Origin: Pisciglobus halotolerans
GTDB taxonomy: Bacteria; Bacillota; Bacilli; Lactobacillales; Carnobacteriaceae
NCBI RefSeq assembly: GCF_900113675.1
Contig: NZ_FOQE01000011.1
Span: forward strand, 1 to 24,000
Length of the DNA stretch: 24,000 bases
Direction of reading: 5' to 3'
Shown here: positions 1 through 6,951 of the stretch, in pieces
Numbering within the stretch: position 1 is the stretch's first letter
Layout of the letters: the number at the start of each line of letters is the position of its first letter
Position numbers and translations under genes: made by a program
Notes under the pieces: model-generated
Seen by the model: only the letters and a program-made list of their open reading frames with translations
Told to the model about the DNA's origin: nothing
The model's database searches: none

Positions 1-2
1 AT

Positions 3-116
3 CGCAGATATAACTCAAGATACAACAATATAGCGAAACAAAAGCATAACTTTAAACCGCCCAACCAAGTTGTAGAGGATTATTTTAGAATATTAGATAG
101 CGATTCGGCTGCATAA
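3..116 (+). CDS. 3' end of an unidentified CDS entering from upstream of the window (partial)
   Basis: Frame 3 is open from the window edge to TAA at 114-116 (37 codons, ...NQVVEDYFRILDSDSAA*). No family recognised. Too short to verify. Confidence 0.25.
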   Translation, partial: RRYNSRYNNIAKQKHNFKPPNQVVEDYFRILDSDSAA

Positions 117-137
117 AGGACTATATAAAAGGAAAAA

Positions 138-238
138 GATTTGACAACGAGCCTCCGTAAGGAGCGCACCTTGAATCACCTGCCAGGAGTAATGGCGGTG
201 CTGGACTATCTTAAGCTCCTTACGCTCATTGTCAAATC
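138..238. repeat. 101-nt imperfect palindrome (rod-like hairpin)
   Basis: GATTTGACAACGAGC (138-152) pairs with GCTCATTGTCAAATC (224-238), 14/15. GTAAGGAGC (157-165) pairs with GCTCCTTAC (215-223), 9/9. Apical stem CACC(T)GCCA (177-185) pairs with TGGCGGTG (193-200). Confidence 0.7.
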
Positions 239-282
239 GTAGCACGTTTTAACCATACGTTAGCTGGAACAAAATTAAACAG

Positions 283-350
283 GGTTCTATTCGTGTAACA
301 AATGTTTGTGGTTTCTAGAGTTTAATGCTGCTAGTTCTAACAACTATATT
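283..350. mobile_element. Truncated, diverged copy (C) of the GGTTCTAC MITE-like element
   Basis: Starts GGTTCTA like copies A and B. It shares the internal block TTTAATGCT...AACTAT(A/T)TT with copy B. No right terminal repeat and no flanking duplication found. Alignment by eye only. Confidence 0.4.
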
Positions 351-377
351 GAGTGGTTATCATCTTTATGTTAGAAT
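349..377 (+). promoter_or_regulatory. Sigma-A type promoter for the DUF1836-degV operon
   Basis: -35 TTGAGT (349-354), 17-nt spacer, extended -10 TGtTAGAAT (369-377). It lies 33 nt upstream of ATG 410. Confidence 0.55.
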
Positions 378-409
378 GAGAATAAAGTTTAGGAAAGCGT
401 AGACAATAT

Positions 410-979
410 ATGAATAATCATAAAAGTGAATCATTAGAACGCTGGACAGAAGAAATCATGCAATATCATTTTCCGCGATGGGAAGATCTACCCGATATAG
501 ACTTATATATGGATCAAGTTTTAACATTGATCGATAAATATCTACATATTTTTCAAACGAATGAAGAAAAGAATATTCTTACTTCTTCTATGATCAATAA
601 TTACGTTAAACTCAAGATGATCCCAAAGCCCATTAAAAAACGCTATACAAAAAAGCATCTTGCTTATTTGATTGCCATTACTGTTTTAAAACAGGTTTTA
701 ACCATACCTGAAATAAAAAAAGGCATTCTTTTGCAAGCAAATGTCAATGGTATGCGAGAAGCCTACAATTTGTTTTGTACAGAACAAGAGTATGCATTAA
801 AAGCTATTGCCAGCACCATCTCAGAAGAAAAAAAATGGCCTTTGATCCAAGAGGATACAAACAAAGATAATCGGATTGTACGTAATGCCGCTTTAGCGGT
901 GGCAGCGAAAATCGTGACCGAAAAAATACTTTCCGTTATGCCTGTAGAAGAAAATGGAAAAGAAGAAAATCGGATTTAA
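410..979 (+). CDS. DUF1836 family protein
   Basis: 189-aa ORF. The N-terminal ...FPRWEDLPDIDLYMDQV... and central SSMINNYVK...PKP..KRYTKKHLAYL pattern are typical of the DUF1836 proteins found upstream of degV in Lactobacillales. Confidence 0.75.
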   Translation: MNNHKSESLERWTEEIMQYHFPRWEDLPDIDLYMDQVLTLIDKYLHIFQTNEEKNILTSSMINNYVKLKMIPKPIKKRYTKKHLAYLIAITVLKQVLTIPEIKKGILLQANVNGMREAYNLFCTEQEYALKAIASTISEEKKWPLIQEDTNKDNRIVRNAALAVAAKIVTEKILSVMPVEENGKEENRI

Positions 980-993
980 CGGAGGAGAGAAAG

Positions 994-1881
994 TTGAACA
1001 AACAAAAAATTGCTTTTTTAGTTGATTCAGGTTCAGATGTACCAGAAGAAGTAATCAAAAAATATAATATGCATGTGATCCCCTTGAAAATTATTTTTAA
1101 AGATCAAGAATATATAGATAAAGTCGATATATCTGCTCAAGGAGTTTATGATCGGTTAGATGAAGAAATCCCAAAGACTTCTCTTCCTGATGGTGAAACT
1201 ATAAAAAATATGCTGTTGAAAATAAAGGAAGAAGGCTATGATAAAGTCATCGCTGTGACGATCTCCAGTGGGCTGAGCGGAACCAATAATATGGTACGCT
1301 TAATGTCAGAAGAGGTAGAAGATTTAGATGTCTTTGTCCTAGATACAAAAAATATCGGAATTGGAAGTGGCTTTTTGGCTATTCGTGCTGCTTCTTACAT
1401 TGAAAAAGGTTTTAACTGGGAAGAAATTCAAGAAAAATTGAAAAAAAGTGTCGAAAAGACGAAGGTTTTTTTCCATGTTCCTACGCTTGAATACCTGCAT
1501 AAAGGTGGGAGAATTGGTTTAGTGTCTTCTGTAGTCGGAAACATGTTGAACCTGAAACCTGTTATTTCATGTAATGAAGATGGGATCTATCATACGGTAG
1601 CTAAAGTACGTGGAAATAAAAAGAGTATACAAAAAACGATTGATCTTGCTGTAGCATTTGCAGGCGAAGCAAAAAAATATGATATTGCGTTAGCTTATGG
1701 AGGCAATGAAGCGGAAAAATCAATGAAATCAATACGAGAAGCTATCCAAGATAGATTACCAAAAATCCAACATATCTATGAAGGACCAATTAGTCCTGCT
1801 TTGGGTGTTCACACCGGTCCTGGCTTAATTGGGATTGGCGTTAGCATTCTTGATGACGAAGATGAAAAGAAAAGCGTTTAA
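994..1881 (+). CDS. degV: DegV family fatty-acid-binding protein
   Basis: 295-aa ORF with TTG start and GGAGGAG RBS at 981-987. N-terminal IAFLVDSGSD and overall DegV-like layout (SSGLSGT, LHKGGRIG). Confidence 0.85.
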   Translation: MNKQKIAFLVDSGSDVPEEVIKKYNMHVIPLKIIFKDQEYIDKVDISAQGVYDRLDEEIPKTSLPDGETIKNMLLKIKEEGYDKVIAVTISSGLSGTNNMVRLMSEEVEDLDVFVLDTKNIGIGSGFLAIRAASYIEKGFNWEEIQEKLKKSVEKTKVFFHVPTLEYLHKGGRIGLVSSVVGNMLNLKPVISCNEDGIYHTVAKVRGNKKSIQKTIDLAVAFAGEAKKYDIALAYGGNEAEKSMKSIREAIQDRLPKIQHIYEGPISPALGVHTGPGLIGIGVSILDDEDEKKSV

Positions 1882-1889
1882 TACATTTC

Positions 1890-1990
1890 AATTGTACAAT
1901 GATTAACGCTGATTAGTAAAAAGTCGCTTCTTTTTTATGCAAAAACGGATAGAAATACATTTATTTATCAATGTCAAAAGATGAAGAACC
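1890..1990. mobile_element. MITE-like element, copy D (diverged)
   Basis: 101 bp, non-coding. Left end AATTGTACAATGATTAACG aligns with GGTTCTACAATATTTAACG. Right end CAAAAGATGAAGAACC matches 15/17 to copy A. Flanked by a perfect 8-bp direct duplication TACATTTC (1882-1889 and 1991-1998). Confidence 0.7.
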
Positions 1991-2000
1991 TACATTTCTT

Positions 2001-2032
2001 ATGAGTCGAATTGATTTTCGGCTCATTTTTTT
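2001..2032 (+). terminator. Rho-independent terminator of degV
   Basis: ATGAGTCGAA (2001-2010) pairs with TTCGGCTCAT (2017-2026), 10 bp including one G-U. Followed by a T7 run. Confidence 0.75.
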
Positions 2033-2034
2033 GT

Positions 2035-2171
2035 GGCTCTACAATATTTAACGTTAGTCAGTAAAATATCCATTTTGTTAATGCTAAACCCGTTAGAATC
2101 CTATTTATAGAAATTTCAGTAGCCCATCGATCAGAGGGAATTTCTTTATAAACATTAAAAGAGGAAGAACC
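2035..2171. mobile_element. MITE-like element, copy A (with extra 37-nt internal segment)
   Basis: 137 bp. Left 72 nt are about 86% identical to copy B, and the right 28 nt match 24/28. An extra segment at 2107-2143 is bounded by ATTT. Flanked by a perfect 8-bp direct duplication TTTTTTGT (2027-2034 and 2172-2179). Confidence 0.8.
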
Positions 2172-2267
2172 TTTTTTGTGCGAATAAAGGGATATCTTGA
2201 TCAAACCAAAAAAACAGAATCATTCGGTTCGCAAGAGAGACATGAACTATCTCATGAAGAGAAAATT

Positions 2268-2276
2268 TGCTATAAT
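2268..2276 (+). promoter_or_regulatory. Extended -10 promoter element upstream of recJ
   Basis: TGcTATAAT at 2268-2276. No good -35. It lies 23 nt upstream of the proposed TTG start and before the GGGAG RBS (2286-2290). Confidence 0.4.
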
Positions 2277-2298
2277 AACAGAGTTGGGAGTGAAAAAG

Positions 2299-2581
2299 TT
2301 GATTAAATCTCATAAAGAATGGCATTCGGCCATGGAACAATATGACGAAGAAAAAATAACTCAATTGAGTCAGCAATTACAGTATTCTCCACTTTTTATT
2401 TCTCTTTGTCTGCAAAGAGGACTAGATTCGGAAGAGAAAATTAAGCAATTTGTTTGTCCTGATGATACAAAAACAATAAATGATCCTTTTTTGATGCATG
2501 ATATGCAGAATGCAGTAGAACGAATTCACCAAGCAATCGAAATGGGAGAAAGAGTGACAGTTTACGGAGATTATGACGCGG
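2299..2581 (+). CDS. recJ: Single-stranded-DNA-specific exonuclease RecJ, exon 1 (joined to 3360..5419 after intron removal)
   Basis: In frame with ORF 2197..2625. The proposed start is TTG 2299, 8 nt after GGGAG, because the upstream part of the ORF overlaps the promoter and MITE flank. The N-terminus LIKSHKEW...SPLFISLCLQRGL...NDPFLMHDM...VTVYGDYDA matches RecJ. The reading frame degenerates right after 2581 (GATRSQV...stop). Confidence 0.85.
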
Positions 2582-3276
2582 GTGCGACACGTTCGCAAGT
2601 GAAAAGCTTGCGCACCTCTTTTTAAAAAAATAGGGAGAACTGATCAAGTAAAAGCTGGAATGATGGCGTAACGTCCTGAAACAGCTTCCCTGATCCTCCG
2701 ATATGCGATTGAAAGGTAAAATTCAAACGTATAAAGCTCGGTAAAGTCAGCTGAGAGAAGCCGTAAATAAAGAATACTTCTTTATACGAAAAAGATCTAG
2801 GTCTCGCTTCCTATAGGCTGGGGGTCTCATAAATTATCTAAGGCTAGTATGTTTCTTTGTAGAAACTGACGAATCTTTGAATGTACAGGTCGATAAGTAA
2901 AAGATGCAGAAATGCATGGTTGGGATCGATGAAAAAAGATCCTTTTGCACGTGGCGGAGTAAAATTGCGCGTTATGAAATGCCATATCGTTTCATGGGAG
3001 CGATCAAGTGCAACGGTCTATAGAAGAAGCCTAAGGATATATAGCAGTAGATAACTTGATTGGAACGTGGAAAGCTTGGAATGCAGATATCATTACCGAT
3101 AAATGAAGCAGTTTAGACGAAAAAACCAGTAGGGTACAATAAGCTAATTGATCCAAGTGAAAGTAGAGCCACAGTACCGTTGAAGCTGTGATAATAAACA
3201 GTGGAGGGATAGGCTCGAGTCGAACCTTGATTTTATTCGAGAAATAGCTCATTTAAAAGCAAATAGATTCGATAGA

Positions 3277-3310
3277 ACGCCGTGTGAGATGAAAGTCTCC
3301 TGCACGGTGT
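3277..3310 (+). ncRNA. Group II intron domain V (catalytic hairpin)
   Basis: ACGCCGUGU-GAGAU-GAAA-GUCUC-CU-GCACGGUGU. It has a 9-bp lower helix, a 2-nt 3'-side bulge, a 5-bp upper helix and a GNRA loop. The triad position reads CGC. Confidence 0.9.
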
Positions 3311-3312
3311 GG

Positions 3313-3357
3313 AGCGGGGGAAAATCTGGAGATTATTTCAAAAGATTACCTATCGCT
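3313..3357 (+). ncRNA. Group II intron domain VI with branch-point adenosine
   Basis: AGCGGGGG (3313-3320) pairs with CCU-A-UCGCU (3349-3357), leaving A3352 unpaired 8 nt from the 3' splice site. Inner stem AAUCU (3323-3327) pairs with AGAUU (3343-3347). Confidence 0.8.
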
Positions 3358-3359
3358 AT

Positions 3360-5419
3360 ACGGTGTAACAAGTACAGCTGTCTTAGTGGAGACACTAGAA
3401 ATGATGGGTGCAGACGTCCATTTTTACATTCCTAATCGTTTTACAGACGGTTATGGACCAAATATTGAAGCCTTCAAAAAAATCATTGAAGAAGGAACGA
3501 ATTTAATCGTGACTTGTGATAACGGGGTTTCTGGGCATGACGCCATTCAAGAGGCGACAAAAATGGGTGTAGAAGTTATTGTGACAGATCACCACGAAAT
3601 GCCCGAAGTTTTACCTGAAGCTTATGCTATTGTACATCCTCGTCATCCTGAAGGACAATATCCTTTTGGAGACCTAGCGGGAGTGGGGGTTGCTTTTAAA
3701 CTAGCAACAGCTTTGTTGGGAGAAGCCCCAATCGAATGTATGGATCTCGTTGCAATTGGTACGATTGCTGACCTCGTATCACTAAGAGAAGAAAACCGTG
3801 CTTTAGTGATTCACGGATTAGAAGTGTTAAGGAATACGGAACGTGTTGGTTTGGATGCTTTATATAAATCAGCAGGAGTCAAAAAGAACGAAATAGATGA
3901 AGGGTCTATTGGTTTTGCAGTTGCTCCTAGATTAAATGCTGTAGGTAGGCTGGGAGACGCTTCCCCAGCTGTTCAATTGTTAACCACTTTTGATCAGGCG
4001 AAAGCAGAACAAACAGCTCATCTCATCGAACAAAAAAATCACGACCGAAAAAAATATGTGAAAGAAATAACAGCTGAAGTTTTGGAAATGATCGAAAAAG
4101 GACCAGAAGAACAAGCAGTATATGTTTTAGCTAAGGAAAATTGGCATGAGGGCGTTTTAGGGATCGTAGCTAGTAAAGTAGTAGAAAAAACTGGAAAGCC
4201 GGCAATCATTTTAAACATCGATAAAGAAAAAGGAGTAGCTAAAGGGTCTGGAAGAAGTGTATCATCGCTTCATCTTTATCAAGCTTTAGACTCGATCCGT
4301 TCATTAATGGAAGCTTTTGGCGGACATCACATGGCGGCAGGGCTATCTATTCAACCTGAAAATATTGATCTCTTGCGACAACAGTTAAATGAATATGCTG
4401 CTTCCAATGGAATGGCAGATCAAAGGAAAGAAGAAGTAGAAATAACGGCTTTATTAAAACCAGAAGAATGTACGATTCAAACTGTTGAAGAAATCAAAAA
4501 ACTGGCTCCATTTGGAACGGATAATCCTTTTCCAAACTTTCTAATACAAGATGCAACAGTAAATGAAATAAGACAAATAGGTGCAGACCGAACGCATCTT
4601 AAGATGACACTGCAATATGGCGATAAGACATTAGACACCATTGGTTTTGGTTTTGGAAATTATGGAGAATGGATCAACCAAAATACAACCTTGTCTCTTA
4701 TAGGACAATTGACGATCAACGAGTGGAGAGGCGTTAAAAAGGTTCAAATAAGGTTGGAAGATCTGAAAGTTGAAGAGTTGCAGTATTTTGATTTCAGGGG
4801 AGGACACGTTCCAGACAACATTTGGAAACTATCGCACACTGGATATTTATTTTTTGATCCAACTATTGCTCAACAATTGGCTTTTAAAATTTCTTCAGAA
4901 AACAATATGTATCTTGTTGAGAAAAATAGTGATGTCGAAACCTTGCCAATAAATGAATTTGAACGTTTCGTATTGGTCGATTGTCCGCCAACGTTGGACC
5001 TTCTTCAACAAACATTGCAGAAAATCAATGCAAATAATATTCTCTATATTTTTCATTCGCAAAAAAATGCCTATTTAGAAGGAATACCCAGCAGAGAACA
5101 ATTTGCAACAGTCTATAAATTCTTGGCTTCTCATCGTAATATCGATGTACGTAATCAGCTGAAGTTACTGGCAAAAACATTAAAAGTGAAAGAAAAGCGT
5201 TTAATTTTTATTATTTCGGTGTTTTTTGAAGTGGGATTTGTTAAAATAGAAGACGGCATCTTAAACTATCGAAAGGATGCACCAAAAACAGATTTAACAA
5301 CATCACATACTTATCAAAAAAGACAGCTGCAGATCGAAACAGAAGAAGCACTGCTATTTAGTCATTCCTCTGATGTAGAAGGCTGGTTAGATCATCAGAT
5401 GAATGGTATGGAAAATTGA
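3360..5419 (+). CDS. recJ: Single-stranded-DNA-specific exonuclease RecJ, exon 2
   Basis: AC (3360-3361) completes the split Asp codon G|AC. GGT GTA ACA... then continues in the frame of ORF 3386..5419. DHH/DHHA1 motifs are present (YIPNRFTDGYGPN, VTCDNG, VTDHH, GGHHMAAG). Combined length is 780 aa. Confidence 0.9.
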
Positions 5420-5437
5420 ACGGAGGAAAAAAACCAA

Positions 5438-5950
5438 ATGAATTTAAAAGATTATATCGCTGATGTGCCAGATTTTCCTGAGAAAGGGATCATTTTTCGT
5501 GATATTTCACCTTTGATGGCAGATGGCGAAGCCTATCAGCATGCGACGAATGAAATCGTTGCTTATGCTAAGGAAAAAGGGGCAGAAATGATCGTTGGCC
5601 CAGAAGCACGCGGTTTTATCGTTGGCTGTCCAGTGGCATATGAGATGGGGATCGGATTTGCTCCCGCACGAAAAAAAGGAAAACTTCCTCGTGAAACAGT
5701 TGAAGTAAACTATGGGTTAGAATATGGTAGTGACACTCTTCAGTTGCACAAAGATGCTATCAAAAAAGGGCAAAAAGTACTTGTCTGTGATGACCTATTA
5801 GCAACAGGCGGAACCATTGCTTCTACGATCAAACTTATTGAATCGTTAGGTGGAGAAGTAGTGGGGACAGCTTTTATTGTAGAATTAAAAGACTTGCATG
5901 GAAGAGATAAAATAGAAGGCTATGATATTTTAACTTTAGTTGAATATTAA
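5438..5950 (+). CDS. apt: Adenine phosphoribosyltransferase
   Basis: 170 aa. [14 protein letters not shown] and the PRPP-binding [13 protein letters not shown] motif are present. GGAGG RBS. The recJ-apt order is conserved in Firmicutes. Confidence 0.95.
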   Translation: MNLKDYIADVPDFPEKGIIFRDISPLMADGEAYQHATNEIVAYAKEKGAEMIVGPEARGFIVGCPVAYEMGIGFAPARKKGKLPRETVEVNYGLEYGSDTLQLHKDAIKKGQKVLVCDDLLATGGTIASTIKLIESLGGEVVGTAFIVELKDLHGRDKIEGYDILTLVEY

Positions 5951-6047
5951 TTGAGTCATGCTTTAAAAGTGAAAATTTAATGCTTTAGGTTTTAAATGGT
6001 GGTTTGGTTAGGAGATAAGTTGGATCGAATCGCAAACAGATAAAAAA

Positions 6048-6146
6048 GGTTCTACAATATTTAACGTTGGTCTGTAAAAAATCATTTTTTTAATGCTAAG
6101 CTCGTTAGAAAACTATTTCTTTACCAACGTTAAAATAGGAAGAACC
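6048..6146. mobile_element. MITE-like element, copy B (compact form)
   Basis: 99 bp. Terminal inverted repeats are GGTTCTACAATATTTAACGTTGG and CCAACGTTAAAATAGGAAGAACC (18/23 complementary, outer 6 and inner 11 perfect). Flanked by TAAAAAA (6041-6047 and 6147-6153). Confidence 0.8.
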
Positions 6147-6153
6147 TAAAAAA

Positions 6154-6203
6154 ACATACAAAAAGGAACTGGTTTTGAATATAACCAGTTCCTTTTTGTA
6201 TGT
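6154..6203. terminator. Bidirectional rho-independent terminator (apt / lexA convergent)
   Basis: Perfect 21-bp arms ACATACAAAAAGGAACTGGTT and AACCAGTTCCTTTTTGTATGT with an 8-nt loop. A/T runs sit inside both arm ends. Confidence 0.8.
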
Positions 6204-6214
6204 AACTGAAAAGA

Positions 6215-6838
6215 TCAAAAAATATGACTGCGATATAAACCGACAACTTTTCCTAAAATGGAAACTGTATCTAGGAGAATAGGTTCTAGAGCATCGTTTT
6301 CAGGCTGCAGACGAAAATAATTTTTTTCTTTATAGAATCGTTTACAGGTTGCTTCATTTTCAGCAGTCATGGCGATAACGATATCCCCGTTATTCGCACT
6401 TGATTGTTTTCGAACGATCACTTCATCGCCATCAAGAATGCCAGCATTGATCATACTTTCCCCACGAATCGTCAGCATAAAAAGACTTTCATTCTCATAC
6501 TCAAAATTTGGCGGAAGTGGAAAAAAGTCCGTTGCTTCTTCAACTGCCAAAATGGGTTCTCCAGCTGTTACCGTACCTAATAAAGGAATTTTGTCTAAGC
6601 CGATTCCTAACTTTTGCAATCCTGCTGTTGTAAGTTCAATTGTTCTCGGCTTGCTTGGGTCTCGACGAATAAAACCATTCTTCTCCAGTCTTGATAAGTG
6701 ACCATGTACAGTGGAAGTAGATGAAAGAGAAACTGCTTCACCGATCTCACGTACAGTTGGAGGGAAGCCATTTTCTTTGACACGGTCATAAATACACTGC
6801 AAAACTTGAATTTGTCTTGATTCATGAACCTTTTTCAT
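6215..6838 (-). CDS. lexA: LexA SOS repressor
   Basis: Contains the winged-helix [10 protein letters not shown]...[16 protein letters not shown], an Ala-Gly cleavage region (VTAGEP), and the S24 peptidase Ser (GESM) and Lys. The start is moved to ATG 6838 (MKKVHES), 6 nt after GAGGTG. The track's GTG at 6847 lies inside the RBS. Confidence 0.93.
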   Translation of the reverse strand: MKKVHESRQIQVLQCIYDRVKENGFPPTVREIGEAVSLSSTSTVHGHLSRLEKNGFIRRDPSKPRTIELTTAGLQKLGIGLDKIPLLGTVTAGEPILAVEEATDFFPLPPNFEYENESLFMLTIRGESMINAGILDGDEVIVRKQSSANNGDIVIAMTAENEATCKRFYKEKNYFRLQPENDALEPILLDTVSILGKVVGLYRSHIF

Positions 6839-6937
6839 AAAGGACACCTCTTAAATTATTGTTTTTTAACTCATTAAAAACAAATGCTTAGTAAATACTT
6901 TCTACACCTAAAGAATAGCATAAAAATAAAATGAATT

Positions 6938-6951
6938 CAAACAAACGTTCG
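6938..6951. promoter_or_regulatory. Cheo (SOS / LexA) box
   Basis: The minus strand reads CGAACGTTTGTTTG against the Firmicute consensus CGAAC-N4-GTTYG. It abuts or overlaps a candidate lexA -35 (TTGAAT, 17 nt, TATTCT on the minus strand). Confidence 0.65.

Larger units (their letters stand above)
2582..3359 (+). mobile_element. ORF-less group II intron (778 nt) interrupting recJ
   Basis: 5' GTGCG, 3' AT. Domain V at 3277-3310 and domain VI at 3313-3357 with bulged A3352. Exact excision restores the frame and the GDYDADGVTSTAV motif. No plus-strand ORF of 60 aa or more lies inside. Confidence 0.9.

Noticed and set aside
138-238. The rod-like hairpin as a small SRP (4.5S/scRNA) RNA.
   Set aside because: It lacks the conserved helix-8 features (GGAA tetraloop, AGCA and CAGG loop motifs) that I would expect.
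386-399. The 14-mer AGTTTAGGAAAGCG shared between the DUF1836 leader (386-399) and the pyrH leader (21200-21213), as a common regulatory site.
   Set aside because: A single 14-nt match in 24 kb of AT-biased DNA is about what chance predicts. No palindromic or structural context.
2197-2298. The 5' extension of the recJ ORF back to codon 2197 (MIKPKKQNHSVRKRDMNYLMKRKFAIITELGVKK).
   Set aside because: This stretch overlaps the MITE flank and a TGcTATAAT promoter element, has no RBS, and is basic and low-complexity. TTG 2299, after GGGAG, gives a RecJ-like N-terminus.
3031-3252. The 73-aa minus-strand ORF inside the intron, as a possible intron-encoded protein (also 2441..2647 minus).
   Set aside because: It is on the wrong strand for an intron-encoded protein, has no RT or maturase-like motifs, and is hydrophobic and low-complexity. 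It overlaps ribozyme domains.
2582-3385. recJ as a pseudogene broken by a frameshift or IS-type insertion.
   Set aside because: The insert has exact group II intron ends plus domains V and VI. Its precise removal restores the frame and the conserved DYDADG motif. No inverted repeats, target duplication or transposase are present.
5975-5995. AATTTAATGCTTTAGG downstream of apt, as a fifth MITE fragment.
   Set aside because: Only the short TTTAATGCT core matches. No termini or flanking duplication.
6369-6825. ORFs 6369..6701 (+) and 6607..6825 (-) overlapping lexA.
   Set aside because: They lie entirely inside the well-supported lexA frame. No RBS or family resemblance.
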